The notes under the pieces: generated by a model
Told to the model about the DNA's origin: nothing
The model's database searches: none
What the model saw: the letters and a program-made list of their open reading frames with translations, nothing else
Translations under genes and position numbers: made by a program
Shown here: positions 34,363 to 46,700 of the stretch, piece after piece
How positions within the stretch are numbered: the first letter of the stretch is position 1
Layout of the letters: each line of letters begins with the position of its first letter
NCBI RefSeq assembly: GCF_963853765.1
Contig: NC_088857.1
Location: 38,812,001 to 38,876,000 of the forward strand
Source: Magallana gigas
Lineage: Eukaryota
Direction of reading: 5' to 3'
DNA: 64,000 nt

Positions 34363-36113
34363 TCAACTCTAGACCATATAATAACACTACAATTTTTATC
34401 CCATACTCTTATGTCCATGAAGAAAAAACTTTTTTGTGCTTTTGTTGATTTTAAACAGGCATTCGACACTGTCTGGAGAAATGGTCTTTGGAGTAAGTTA
34501 ATCAAAAATGGAATAAATGGGAAATGTTTTAATTATATCAAAAACATGTACATGGAAGTTAAGTCAAAAATTAATATGAATGGCTTATCTTCCGAATTTT
34601 TCAGCTGTAATGTTGGAGTACGCCAAGGTGAAAATTTGTCGCCATTTTTATTTTCGTTATATATTAATGACTTAGAAAAGTTCATGATTGATAAAAATAT
34701 AATTGGGTTACAGAGTGTTACCAAACCTTTAGAGGATGAACTGTTTATGTATTTTAAACTATGTATTCTTTTTTATGCTGACGACACTGTAATTCTTGCT
34801 GAAACGCCTGATGATTTACAAAATGCTCTGAACGAGTTTCATTTATACTGTGAGCAATGGAAGTTAACGGTTAATATAAATAAGACAAAAATATTGGTAT
34901 TTTCTAAATGTCCAATGATAAAAAGGGAATTTTACTTTAGAAATGAAATAATTGAAAATGTGAAAGAGTTTAAATACCTTGGAATTGTTTTTTCACGTTC
35001 AGGGTCTTTCAGAAAAGCAAAAACACATCTCTGTGAACAGGCACAGAAGGCTATGTATGGGGTCATTAGGAAAATAAGGCAATTTAATTTACCTGTCGAG
35101 TGTCAGTTAGACCTTTTCGATAAAGTAATAATGCCGGTATTATTATACGGATGTGAAGTATGGGGCTTTGAAAATATAGAAACTATAGAACGTATTCATT
35201 TGAAATTTTTGAAACATATACTGAATTTAAAAAGCTGTACCCCATCATACATGGTTTATGGAGAAACCGGAAGGTTTCCGTTATCTGTTAATATATATAC
35301 TAGAATGGTTTCATACTGGGCAAAATTGTTCACCGGGCCAGAAAATAAAATTGTTCATATACTTTACAAATACTTATTGAATCAATATAATAAAGACTTT
35401 TCTAAAAACCCATGGATTGATTGTATACATTCTATTTTTAATAAGTGTGGTTTTTCAAACATTTGGAATGAACAATGTACTGTAAATGTTAATTGGATTA
35501 CAAATGCTGTCAAGCAATGGCTTAAAGACCAGTTTGTGCAGAAATGGTCGGCTGATATTGCAAATTCTTCAAAAGGTCATATATAAAGAACTTTCAAATT
35601 TATTTTTGGATATGAAAAATATTTGAGTATTCTGCCATCAAAACTTTGAAAAATTCTTGTTAAATTCCGTACGTCGAATCACCGACTTCCTGTAGAAACT
35701 GGTAGATGGTTAGGCATTCCTCTTAATGAAAGATGTTGCACATTATGTAATAAAAATCAAATAGCCGATGAAATGCACTTTATATTAGAATGTAATGCTC
35801 TTTCATGTATTAGACAAAAATACTTGGAACCTAGATTTTGTGTAAGACCGAACACTTTTAAATTTTGTGAATTATTGTCTACTTTAAAACTTAAAAAACT
35901 CAAAAAACTCTGTTTATTTATAAATGAAATTTTTGAATCAGTCTGTCCTCCTTGAACATTTGTACTTTTTTCTCATATTTTTTTTCTCTCTAATTTGTAC
36001 TGTACATGTACCTCTGACTCTATACATACATTTGTAAATATTTATATATATATATATATGTGTACCTCATGTACCGTCATGTTGACGGTTTGAGTGAAAA
36101 TAAATTGAATTGA
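34363..36113 (+). mobile_element. 5'-truncated non-LTR retrotransposon (LINE; RT plus C-terminal Cys/His motif), inactivated by two in-frame stops
   Basis: STLDHI, FVDFKQAFDTV, GVRQGENLSPFLF, LFYADDTV, FKYLGIVF. The frame continues past TAA (35584) and a TGA (~35647) into KFRTSNHRLPVETGRW and CTLC...EMHFILEC. 3' end is AATAAA-TTGAATTGA. Confidence 0.92.
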
Positions 36114-36405
36114 TCAAACGAATTTTAAACTCGAAGAAGATCGTGTGCCTATATTACTTAAAATTCAAAATTCACTGAAACGATTTGTCTGTTTATATTG
36201 TAAAGCCAGATAGGAATCTGGTGTATGAATGTTGTTGTTTTATAAAATGAATGTCACGAAATTGATTGTAAGCCCATCAAATCTAATATTGTTGCACTTA
36301 AGTGCACATACAAAATATCAGAATCTGCAGATGGGTGCATCACAAATAATATGTTGAACCTTTAGTCGATATCCAAGGATTCAAGAGAGTTCAATAGGCT
36401 TCATT

Positions 36406-36408
<3 letters not shown>

Positions 36409-36456
<48 letters not shown>
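36409..36456. repeat. (AG)n microsatellite
   Basis: Directly visible. Confidence 0.95.
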
Positions 36457-36460
<4 letters not shown>

Positions 36461-36647
36461 GGTTGTATAATCGCTTCGTTCGAAATGGTTCACTTATCGT
36501 GTGACTTCAGTATTGCATCAACGAAACATTAAACTCTTTTGTCTATTCTGAGAAATGGTTTCCAAGCCTCGTCAGTGTGTTTTACCATTGCGACTAGGGA
36601 GTAAAACTGCATGCGTCTTTTTCAAAGAAATTGTAAACAGTAATATG

Positions 36648-36826
36648 CAGTAAAACATGCTAATAACGAAATGCCAGGGACGGGCGATTCGACTTCTTTG
36701 TAAGCGTAATTTGTCATATCCGTCAAGTTCACCACAAGTAAAGAAGTCTCGGGGAATGAAAATCACTTTGCTGCATGTAAGCGTTTATTCCATGTAAGCG
36801 TGTTTTGCTATAACCGTGTTTTACTG
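36648..36826. mobile_element. Tc1/mariner-type (TA target) MITE, family shared with 49831-50008
   Basis: CAGTAAAACA ... TGTTTTACTG-TA termini; the first ~65 bp align with 49831-49895. Confidence 0.65.
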
Positions 36827-38527
36827 TACCATATGTTTTGTTGCATTACGAGTATATAGAACGGTATTCTATACGAAAAGGCCCGAGTCATTTGTCTATT
36901 CTTATTAACGTTTTTTACAGGTAAATATTACGCGTATACTTATCATGAGAACGGATAAAGATTCCGTTACCAGTAGCTGTATAGTTAGTTAGCCTACCGA
37001 TAAAGAGAATATGAATTTTTATTAGAAATACATGGGGAAGAAAGTGCAAGAGTGTAAGAGAAAGATACGAACGATTCAGTCCGTCTCGAAAGACTTCAAA
37101 TTGTTTTTCTACAGAGATAAAAGCCCAGTTACCAAATTAAAGGATTGAATATGTCATGGATAGTGGAGTGGATGTATGCAGACCATGCACGTGGAGGTTG
37201 TTAAAATATTCTTTTCCTTCCCTTTAACAATAATATGTCAGAGTAAAATAAAAGTTAACAATTACAAATTATACTGCTTCATTTTCATGAACTCGATTAA
37301 TTGATATTTTTTCGCATCTATTCTCGGTCAATTACTGTCTTAATTAAGAACTACGACTACTAAGTATTAATTTCCTAATCACTGTTCCTAATTTGATCAG
37401 CATCAGTAATTAGAGAACCGTTTAATTTAGATCAGATAAAGTTCCCTTTAATGCGGTTTTTTTATTCTTTCAATACAAAATATTTTTGCGATTAATCAAT
37501 ATCAGTGCTCGAATAATGTTTACTTAAAAAACATAATGTGAACTAGAAATCTATTGGTAAAATCCAATATTTCAATAAAGTTGTTGTCTTTTAATTAATT
37601 TTATTTACTGACTTTTATCCTTCCATAAAGAAACTATGTGCATCATTTATGAGATCGTGGCTAAAATGCATATATACTACATATACATGTTCAGCAGTAA
37701 GCTTTAGAAAAAGCAAACTTTAACCGCGTTTTTTCGAATGTTGTCTTCGAAACAATCAAGATCCCAGAACAAATTTTCTTTGTATTTTTTTTAACGCAGT
37801 ACAAGTAAGAATGTGAAGGGTCTTTCGACGAGAAGTCCAAACAAGGCATTTCAATCAACATCATGCACTTGATAGATTGACGCACAAGTCTGAGCATTAA
37901 TATTTAACCGCGCCTACAGTGGGATTTTAAGAACAATATAAGCCTGTCAATTAATAGCATAATTGGTAGAGTTCGCAGTTTTGGCCAGATACCTGATACT
38001 TGCACAAAGTAATGGTCGCTTGATTGACTGCCTCTGTTAGTTCAGATGTTAACAAAGATATAGTTCATAATGTAATACCTGTGCGTTAATAGTTTGATTT
38101 GCTTCGTTGGAAATCATTTAATTGCAACAGTTTTAGAAAGTCACGACTGATCTTCAATACACGCATGCGCAATGATGGATTTTGCACCTTTGATTCATAT
38201 GCTTTGAAGACTTCTCTTGGGAAACAACCGGCAATAGGAACGGCCCTCCGTATACTACAACAGTTGATTAATACCTGAATACCTGCTCTGGTCAAACGTG
38301 TAATACCTTTAATTCTTGTGTAGTCCGAAAGAGTGTGAAAAATTCAATAGATAAATAAAGAGTTCGCGTCTTCGAAGCACAAAAGAAAATTAAGAAGATG
38401 GCAATACTTGCGATTTAAAACCAACCAAAAAAGATTAATCTGCTTGAAGGAGTTCAAACCAGACAGCTATTCATGCATACAGGTGAACCTACAACAAAAT
38501 AGGTTAAATGACACTCAATTGGGAAAA

Positions 38528-39757
38528 ATGATGAGGATTCATTGCTTCGTACTGTGGCTGATGTATCTAGATGGTTATTTCTCTGCTGATCTCACAGACG
38601 TAGAAAACCTGTACAGTACTTTATTAACAAACTATAACAAAGACGTACGACCACTGACCACGACGGACGCGCCTGTTTACGTGAATGGTACGTTTAACCT
38701 TGTAGGGCTCAAGGAATTCGACGAAGTAAACGGCAAGTTTTCATTGATCGGCTTCTTTACTTTTACGTGGGTTGATTCACGATTGTCTTGGGATCCGAGT
38801 TCGCACAATTCTATTTTCACTATTGAGCTGCCTGAAACAAAAGTATGGATTCCAAATTTGATGATTGGGAATCCGTATGACAAAATTGGAACTTTAGGTA
38901 AAGGAATATTACCTGTCACATACGTCTACAATGGATTGGCTTATTGGTCACCAGGTGACGTCATATCCAGCGGATGTGAGGTAGATGTGACGTATTACCC
39001 CTTTGATACGCAAAATTGCAATGTGATGTTTATGTGTTGGGGTTACACTCCAGAAGCAGTCATTACAACTGCTCAAACTCCTGAAATCAAGACGGCTTAT
39101 TTTTCTGAACATGGAACCTGGGACATAATCGAAAAAGAGTTGAAGTCCCATTTAGACTCCACTATGTCCTACATAAGCGTTGATATAAAAATGAAAAGAC
39201 GCCCAGCCTTTGCTGTTATCAACATTGTCCTTCCGATGGTTTTCATGGTGATTTTGAATTTATTAGTTTTCATCTTACCAGTGGATAGCGGCGAAAGGGT
39301 ATCTTATTCCATCACTGTGCTCCTGGCCATAGCGGTGTTTCTAACTCTGGTTGGTGACAATTTGCCCAAAACATCCACACCGACAGCGCTGTTGTCTTAT
39401 TTCCTTCTTGGGGATCTGGTTCTGAGCTCTGTGATTTGTTTGATTGTGATTTTAGGCTTGACGTTCCACCATAGGGATGACTCTGAAAGTCCCGTACCAA
39501 ATCGTGTCGCAAGAGCAGTGAAATTTTGCTGTTATCGAAAAGTTTGTCGTTTCAAGAACAAAACAACCGTAGAGGCCTTTAACGAAAACGCGGGAAAGAA
39601 ATCAAAGATTCCAGATGATGATGACGACGATGACGACGACGACATAGTTGTGACGTGGAAAATGGTGTCCAAGTGTTTTGATAAATTCATGTTGATGTTT
39701 TCCCTTTTGGCAATTACCGTACAAACGGTGTTGTTTTTTGTAATGACTATGCAATAG
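38528..39757 (+). CDS. Nicotinic acetylcholine receptor-like Cys-loop ion channel subunit, non-alpha type, single coding exon (~409 aa)
   Basis: Likely start MMRIHCFVLWLMYLDGYFSA (signal peptide, ATG 38528). YNKDVRP, WIPNL, Cys-loop CEVDVTYYPFDTQNC, four TMs, M2 SGERVSYSITVLLAIAVFL; no vicinal CC in loop C. AATAAA at 39861. Confidence 0.95.
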   Translation: MMRIHCFVLWLMYLDGYFSADLTDVENLYSTLLTNYNKDVRPLTTTDAPVYVNGTFNLVGLKEFDEVNGKFSLIGFFTFTWVDSRLSWDPSSHNSIFTIELPETKVWIPNLMIGNPYDKIGTLGKGILPVTYVYNGLAYWSPGDVISSGCEVDVTYYPFDTQNCNVMFMCWGYTPEAVITTAQTPEIKTAYFSEHGTWDIIEKELKSHLDSTMSYISVDIKMKRRPAFAVINIVLPMVFMVILNLLVFILPVDSGERVSYSITVLLAIAVFLTLVGDNLPKTSTPTALLSYFLLGDLVLSSVICLIVILGLTFHHRDDSESPVPNRVARAVKFCCYRKVCRFKNKTTVEAFNENAGKKSKIPDDDDDDDDDDIVVTWKMVSKCFDKFMLMFSLLAITVQTVLFFVMTMQ

Positions 39758-40646
39758 AAATTTATGATAATGAAAGTATGAATTGCATTGATATCTTGTT
39801 GCCCAAAGCAATCTATCATTTACAGTAATATTCATTCTAATTTCATCATCCTACCCTGATAATAAATACTTGCAGTTTTTCATGTCATTTGGTAGTATTC
39901 TTCATGATAACAATTTGTTTTCAAAAACATAGACAACAAACTGTATCTTTTAAAGTTTTAAAAACTTTTTTATGGAATGCAAATTAACATTGATTATTTT
40001 GTATTTGATTTCTAACAGTTCCACGAACGAATTGGACGAGAACACCGGATACCATATCAGCAACTTAATGTCAGAAAAATTTTATTTAGTTGAATATGTA
40101 CGGTTGAAGTCTTTAAAACCGCACATTATCATAATTAACATGTCACATGTATGTGGTTTTCTTTTTTGCAAGCGATCATTTATAAACCTAAAAAATATGT
40201 TCCGGGAACTTAATCGAAAAGACAAATAGTATAATCTCATCAAAGTTGTGATAAATATTTGTTCGATCGTGCAAAGGAAAGCCGCATATGCTGTTGCGAT
40301 CAGTTTCACTCTCACGCGGTCACCTGACGTTAGAAAGCCGACGTTATTTTAATTGATATCTTGCATTCGTTTACTCATTTGGCATTGCAGACTCTAAGCT
40401 ACTTTCAATCCATTGGAAATAATGTGTACTTAATTGTATTTGTAATTGTATTACCAGTAGTTTTTTTTTTATTTTCTAAAGAAGAAATCTATAGTTTTCA
40501 AACTGAGTTAGAAACTAAACTAATTACCCTTCATTTGTATGGCATTTATAACACTGATTCAAGTACATGTATCTGCTTCAGACAGGATAAATATAGAGAC
40601 ATCAAATGGTTTATGTTGCATAAATACAGATCATTAATGTACAAAC

Positions 40647-40649
<3 letters not shown>

Positions 40650-40733
<84 letters not shown>
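40650..40733. repeat. (AT)n microsatellite
   Basis: Directly visible perfect run. Confidence 0.95.
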
Positions 40734-40736
<3 letters not shown>

Positions 40737-41477
40737 CATGGTAGAGGCTGCTTTACCTTACTTTAGGTCCACAAAATTAAAGACACACAGTGTGTTGTTG
40801 AAGTGTACTAGTAGAATGTAGTTGTTGCAATAAAGTATAACAACTATTATTATTTACTTCTTTATCTTTTTTTAAGTGGTAAAGGTACTACTCTTGTTTG
40901 TAAATTATTTTTTTTTTATAAAATTCTGTTACAAAAATAATTCTATGCAACACATTTTTTGAAAAGTGAAGTTATATAATTGGTAATATAATTGACCCCC
41001 GATAAGTCTTCGTTGCGCGATCTTTTGTTTTCTCTATTGTATGTGTCTGAATTCTCTGATTATAGTGATCATTACGTAATTTTCTTTATTGAAGTGCCTG
41101 TATGTAGTTTGTGAAGGGTAACGATCAAATACAATTAATATTTGTTATGAAAAAGATGCGCCAAAGTTTTCAGTGTAATGAATTGACAGAATTCACAATG
41201 GTCGAGACAGGTTCGTTAGTTTTAATTACATCTGTACCGATGTAGGCCACAGAATCAATTGAAAGCAAATGAACTTTGTTGTCTCAATTGATTTTTTGCC
41301 GTGCGTAATCTATTAATGAACTAAAAATTTGGGTTGGTATTGGTATTAAACGAATCGCATGGAAAACAGAAGTGTTTAACTTTGGGACATTTTATGACCT
41401 TTGCTCGTGTGCTGGATTTCGCTGATTAGGCCGAGGTTGTTATGCACTTTGTGTATATATATTTAAACCAAAAAAAA

Positions 41478-41630
41478 AATGCTTTCTTTGGCGATTCATT
41501 CGGGATATGAAGGTAGCGACATTGCAGAAAAAATACATAACCCGCGTTAAAAAAAATCTGCATTGATTGCTAACTTCATAACCCGCATGAACCCGCATGA
41601 ATATTAAAGAAAGCATTTCATTGTTTATAT
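41478..41630. repeat. Foldback palindromic MITE-like element, family shared with 60740-60899 and 59597-59660
   Basis: ATTCATTCGGGATATGAAGGTAGCGACATTGCAGAAAAAATACATAACC arm; the decayed right arm ends CCCGCATGAAT..AAAGAAAGCATT. Confidence 0.75.
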
Positions 41631-42563
41631 TATAGCTAGAACTGTTTCTACAGAGCTATGAATTAAATTTAGTTTCCGTAAGAAATAGAGGGAATAATAC
41701 TAGGTAGATTTAAATATGAGTCACTAACTTCGGTGCTCCCGATAACACTACTGGGGTCCGTTGTAACATTTATCAATGTGTATTTATTCAAAACAGGTTA
41801 CAAAAATACAAATAAAATTTACACTTGATTTAATGCTTTAAATTTGTCAGTTCATGTTCCTACTACTAAAATCGGATATCTCGATTGTAATTTGCTTAAT
41901 CAACGCAATCCACTTAGTTCATATTTGCTTCCACTGTAGAAATGTATACCTTTTCCACACTGGCGCCGCATCTTCTTAATTCTATTTTTCATCTTTATAC
42001 TAAAATTATTTCTAAAATATCTGAATATGTTTTAAATTATCAAACTTGCTGAAGCTTTTTCCCATCATATATACTAATAATCTTTGACGAAGTTATTTTT
42101 ATCTATTTCAATGAACGTCTTTATAGTGTTTTTCCGAAATAGCGTAAATATATTTTTCGACTTTTTTTAATAGCTTTGCTAAATTTAGCATGGAAGATTG
42201 ATGCAGTTCTTCTATTGAAAAAAATAATACAAAACTACGGGCCCATCCACATCCAAAGTAATTCATATTGTCCTTTCTGATATATTTCATTTTATCAAAT
42301 GAAATATACAACATGACTAAAGTAGTCATGTTGTATATTTCATTTGATAAAATAAAATATATCAGAAAGGACAATATAATTATTAGCATCAAGATTAGAG
42401 TATGGTTCTTTGCAATGGTATAACCATTAAATTAATATATGTCTACAAGAGTTGTCGTTCTCTGTACCGTTATAGACACGGGGGTTTAAAGAAAAGAGAA
42501 CTTCGATTCAATAACAGACTGATTTATTCTACAAAGCTCCGGTACTTTGTCAAGTACAAAATC

Positions 42564-42693
42564 NNNNNNNNNNNNNNNNNNNNNNNNNNNNNNNNNNNNN
42601 NNNNNNNNNNNNNNNNNNNNNNNNNNNNNNNNNNNNNNNNNNNNNNNNNNNNNNNNNNNNNNNNNNNNNNNNNNNNNNNNNNNNNNNNNNNNN
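42564..42693. other. Assembly gap (130 N)
   Basis: Run of n characters. Confidence 1.
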
Positions 42694-43730
42694 TCTTGGA
42701 CGGAATTTGATCACAGATTTTAACAAAACATGTTGCACAACCTAATAAACACCGAATGAAGGCACCAAAACACAAACGACATAACTGTAGGCGATCCAAA
42801 TGGAATTGTACATGTATTTATATATTCAGTAATTACTTCATTATTCATTTTTGAAATATATTTTCACTTACATACCTATAATTTGAACAACAAAACCATA
42901 TTATTTTCTGTATAGTAATTAACATCCCAAAATATATACATATGTATAATTAATAAACATAAATATACATCCTAACAATTAATTAGGATGAGTTTTTAAT
43001 TAGAAAGTATCTATGTTAGATATTAGTACTGAGCAACTTACATGCAAGTTAAAACTGTTACATAAAATGTCAACAATACAAATAGCACTATCACAGATTA
43101 AGCCACGTCACTTTCTATTTCATGTACATGTGTTACTACCCACCACCCACCCCTTTTGCAGCAATCTTCACATAATTTTTAAACGCGCGATTTTAGACTA
43201 AATAATAGACCAATGCAACAAAAAAATAAAAATTTGTGGAGGAACAATACGTTGGCCGCTGCCCTATAAACACAAAGAAATATACAAAAAGCTATAATGG
43301 GAGGAGGGTTTACAATAAACCCTGTGGACATCACTATCGCAATTTTTGATTGCGTACAACTTTGTTCATGTTTTAACGTGAGATTCTACAATGCCGATTA
43401 TGAAGTATACAAAACCTGGAAAAATACCAGAAAGGGACTAGTTTAGTAGTATATTACTAATTTTGGACAAAATGGCTACAGATAACACTTAGTCTAAAGT
43501 TTGTTACTCCAGGTATTAAGTACTCAGTATTGCATGGTGGGTGTATATTTATTGACAGAATTGCAGTGAGGCGATGTTTTGTTACGACTGACCATGACAA
43601 CCATAATATATAAACCTAACTTCTAATACTGCACTGTTCTACAAGTAAAAATCTCTTGACTATAACCAATAAAAGGGAGAAAGAAGCAGACCTAGAAGAA
43701 CAAGTGGACATTTATGCACCTAGAAGAAAG

Positions 43731-46700
43731 TTAAAAATCGTCGTCAAGACTAGATGTGATCAAATCCTTTTCACCCGAATTTGCAGGGTCGTCGAGTCCA
43801 GATCTGAAGCTTTCTTCGTCCGGTGTTTGCGTGTCTGTACTCCACTCTTCTGTTTGGAACACCTCGGGAGCTTCGTTAAACGACACTCTTTTGCTACTTC
43901 GAGTCGTGTTTTCGACGTCCAAAGTAAGAATATCTACATTTTGAGAACTTTCGGTATCATTCTCTATTGTCTTTGAGCTAACGGCCTCTTCTTCCTCCTC
44001 ACCCTTTGTTTCTTCCTTCTCACCCTTTGTTTCTTCCTTCTCACCCTTTGTTTCATCGGTTTCCTTTTCACTTTTCGTTTCACTGGTTTTGTTATCGTCT
44101 ACCACTGAGTCTTTAGCCTCTTCTTCTGAATCATCTTCTCCTTTTTCGTCAACCTTTGGAAGATTTTTGTTTTCCGTTTTATCGCCATCCACTTCATTTG
44201 AATTTTCCTCTTGATCCGATACATTATCCTTCTGAGAATCCTTCGTAAAATCTAAATCAAGTTTTTCGATTTCAGGAGTCGCTTCAACATCTTCTGTCTT
44301 TTGATTTGCCTCCGAATTGTCATTCACAATTTTGTTTAAATTATCAACTGAGCTAAATTGAGTCATAAACACTAAATCTTTTTCAGAATCAACATCGTCC
44401 TTTTCTTCTCGCTCTTCCGATTTCAATTCATTGCTGTCGGTTCCGTCTTTTTCATTGTCATTGCTTTCCTTTTTCCTGGCTGGCTCTGGCTTATCCCCAG
44501 CGTCACTTGCTGGTGGACTGGTCATACTCACACACGTAGCTGGATCTGGAACATCGCTACCCTGAGGTTCTGGTCTCTCCTCACTCTCCAACCTTTCCCA
44601 AACCTGTTCCGCAAACAGCTTCCTCTGTCTGGAAGCTACGTGCTTTGGGACGCCAGCCTCTGGAGGAAACGGGAGCTGGAACGGATTAGACGTATTCTCT
44701 TCATTCATCACATCCTCTAACTTCGGAACCACGGCCTGACGAGGTGATCCTGAGGATTTCTTTGGGGGTGGAACCCTGCCAGCTGGAGCTGTTTGGGGCC
44801 GCCTTGCACCAGATGGAGGACGTTTAATGGCGGTTCCTGAGACATTCATCTGACCTGATGTGCTTGGTGTGGTGGACCTGTCAGATTCCAAACGGTAAGA
44901 ATATCGAACTTGTTCATCGGCTTCTTTCTCTTGTTCTTCCGATTTAAAATCTCCACCTCCAAATTTTTTGTTCAATTTATCATCAATTCGTTTAACTCCA
45001 GTATCGATCCTCTTTTTGCCCTCCAGAACGTTGTGTACCCTTTTCTTGGCGATATCTGGAATAATCTTGTTCAGGTCGGGGTCTGACTTGGACATTTGCT
45101 CTTTCTTTTGCAGTTCTTCCAATTCCTTTTTCTTTTGGTCTTGTTTTCGCTTCTGCGTCACCCATTGGTCGTATGACATTCGGTTTCCCTCGGCACTCCT
45201 TGATCGTGACGATGACGCTGTTTTGGGTCTCTCTCTGTCCGTATTTTGACTATCTGGGTTTTTACCATTTACGGCGAGTTTAATTCTCCCTGCAACGGGT
45301 CTTTTGTAAATGAATTTCGAAGACGGTGGATGAGGAGTGGTCGTTAACGTTGATTCGTTTCCTGATTTCTTCGATTTTTCCCGTAGATTGACATTTGTTT
45401 CAGCTCTTCCTTCCACTTTCACACCACCAGTAGAGGTTTCTCTACGTTTGAGAGGTGCAGACTCAGGGCGTATATTCTTCTTTTCATTTTTTTCTTCATA
45501 TTCCTTCAGAATACGCTTGTGTTCCCTCCTCTCTTGTCTTTTCATTTCAGAAATCTCCTTATTCTTCTGTTCAGCCCACTTTTTGTATACCTTCTGAGCT
45601 TCCATTCTCTTTTCAAACTTTTCATTGGCCTCCAGCACCATCTTCTCCCGCTCTGCCCTCTTTTTCGCCTTCTCTTCTTTCACTTTCTTTCTGTGGAGCT
45701 TGTCTTTCTTTTTCAGCCACTCGCGTAACTCCTCTTTACTGGAGTATTTGATGTGGTAGTTCAACTGCTCTTGCTCCTGAAGGGTCCTCGGTGTTGACAA
45801 TGGCGTCGAGTGGTCAGTTTTCAATGTAGTGGCAGTGGTTTGGGAGTGGAATGAAGAGTTGTCTATCGTAGACTCGGAGTTTTTGCGTTTCGACTTTCTC
45901 TTTCGTGGTTTAGATGGGGGATATTCGTGATGTGGGTTTTGGGAGTAGTGGATAATGTTTTGCATGGATCGGTACGCCATATCTGTGGATTTATTTGATA
46001 GCTCACCTACAAAACCAAATAGCATCACATCCTTAGTGTTCTATATGTGTGTAAAGGTTAAAGTATTTTGGTGATACTAATAAATACCAACAGAATTTCA
46101 TTTAGACCATTATCAATATCTACATACATATAAGTAAAAAACACTTTTATAACATCATAGTAATTTCTATCTGCCATTTTCCTCAATTTTTATTTTAAAA
46201 AAAAATACTATAATCCTCCAGATCAGACTCCACATGAATCTTAGAAATGTGAAGCAGAATAAAACTTTAAAACACCTGGTTTCACTTTTCGTTCCCAATT
46301 ACTAAGTCCTTTGTCAATATTTCTGTCCAAAACCATTTACATTTGGCTGTGTGATCAAGATAAAACACTACTGGTAAGCAACATGGCAAAACCTCAAAAC
46401 TTCACACAACCAGTGTTTTTAAAAGGGACAGAGGCTTCATTCCACTATATCAAAATTTGCTGTCCTTTTGTTTACTTTCTACTTTAAAAGCCGTCTCAAT
46501 TTGGAGCACCAATTCATTGGTTTTTACATTTGATTTAAAAGTCAAACAACATTAGTGTTATTAAACACTTCTAAGTCATCCAAATGTCAAAATGAATTTT
46601 TGACTAAAAGATCTTTAAAAACGTTTTGAAAAACATGCTAATAATACATGTATCTTGCAAAAAATATTATAAAATACTTTCTCCTAATAAACATTGCAAA

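Noticed and set aside
38408-38527. 40-codon N-terminal extension of the nAChR ORF from a TTG start
   Set aside because: A signal-peptide-like sequence begins at ATG 38528; the upstream part looks like open 5' UTR.
40361-40744. 127-aa ORF ending in IYIYIY
   Set aside because: Reads through the (AT)n microsatellite; not coding.
42402-42799. ORFs containing X runs
   Set aside because: Artefacts of translation across the assembly gap.
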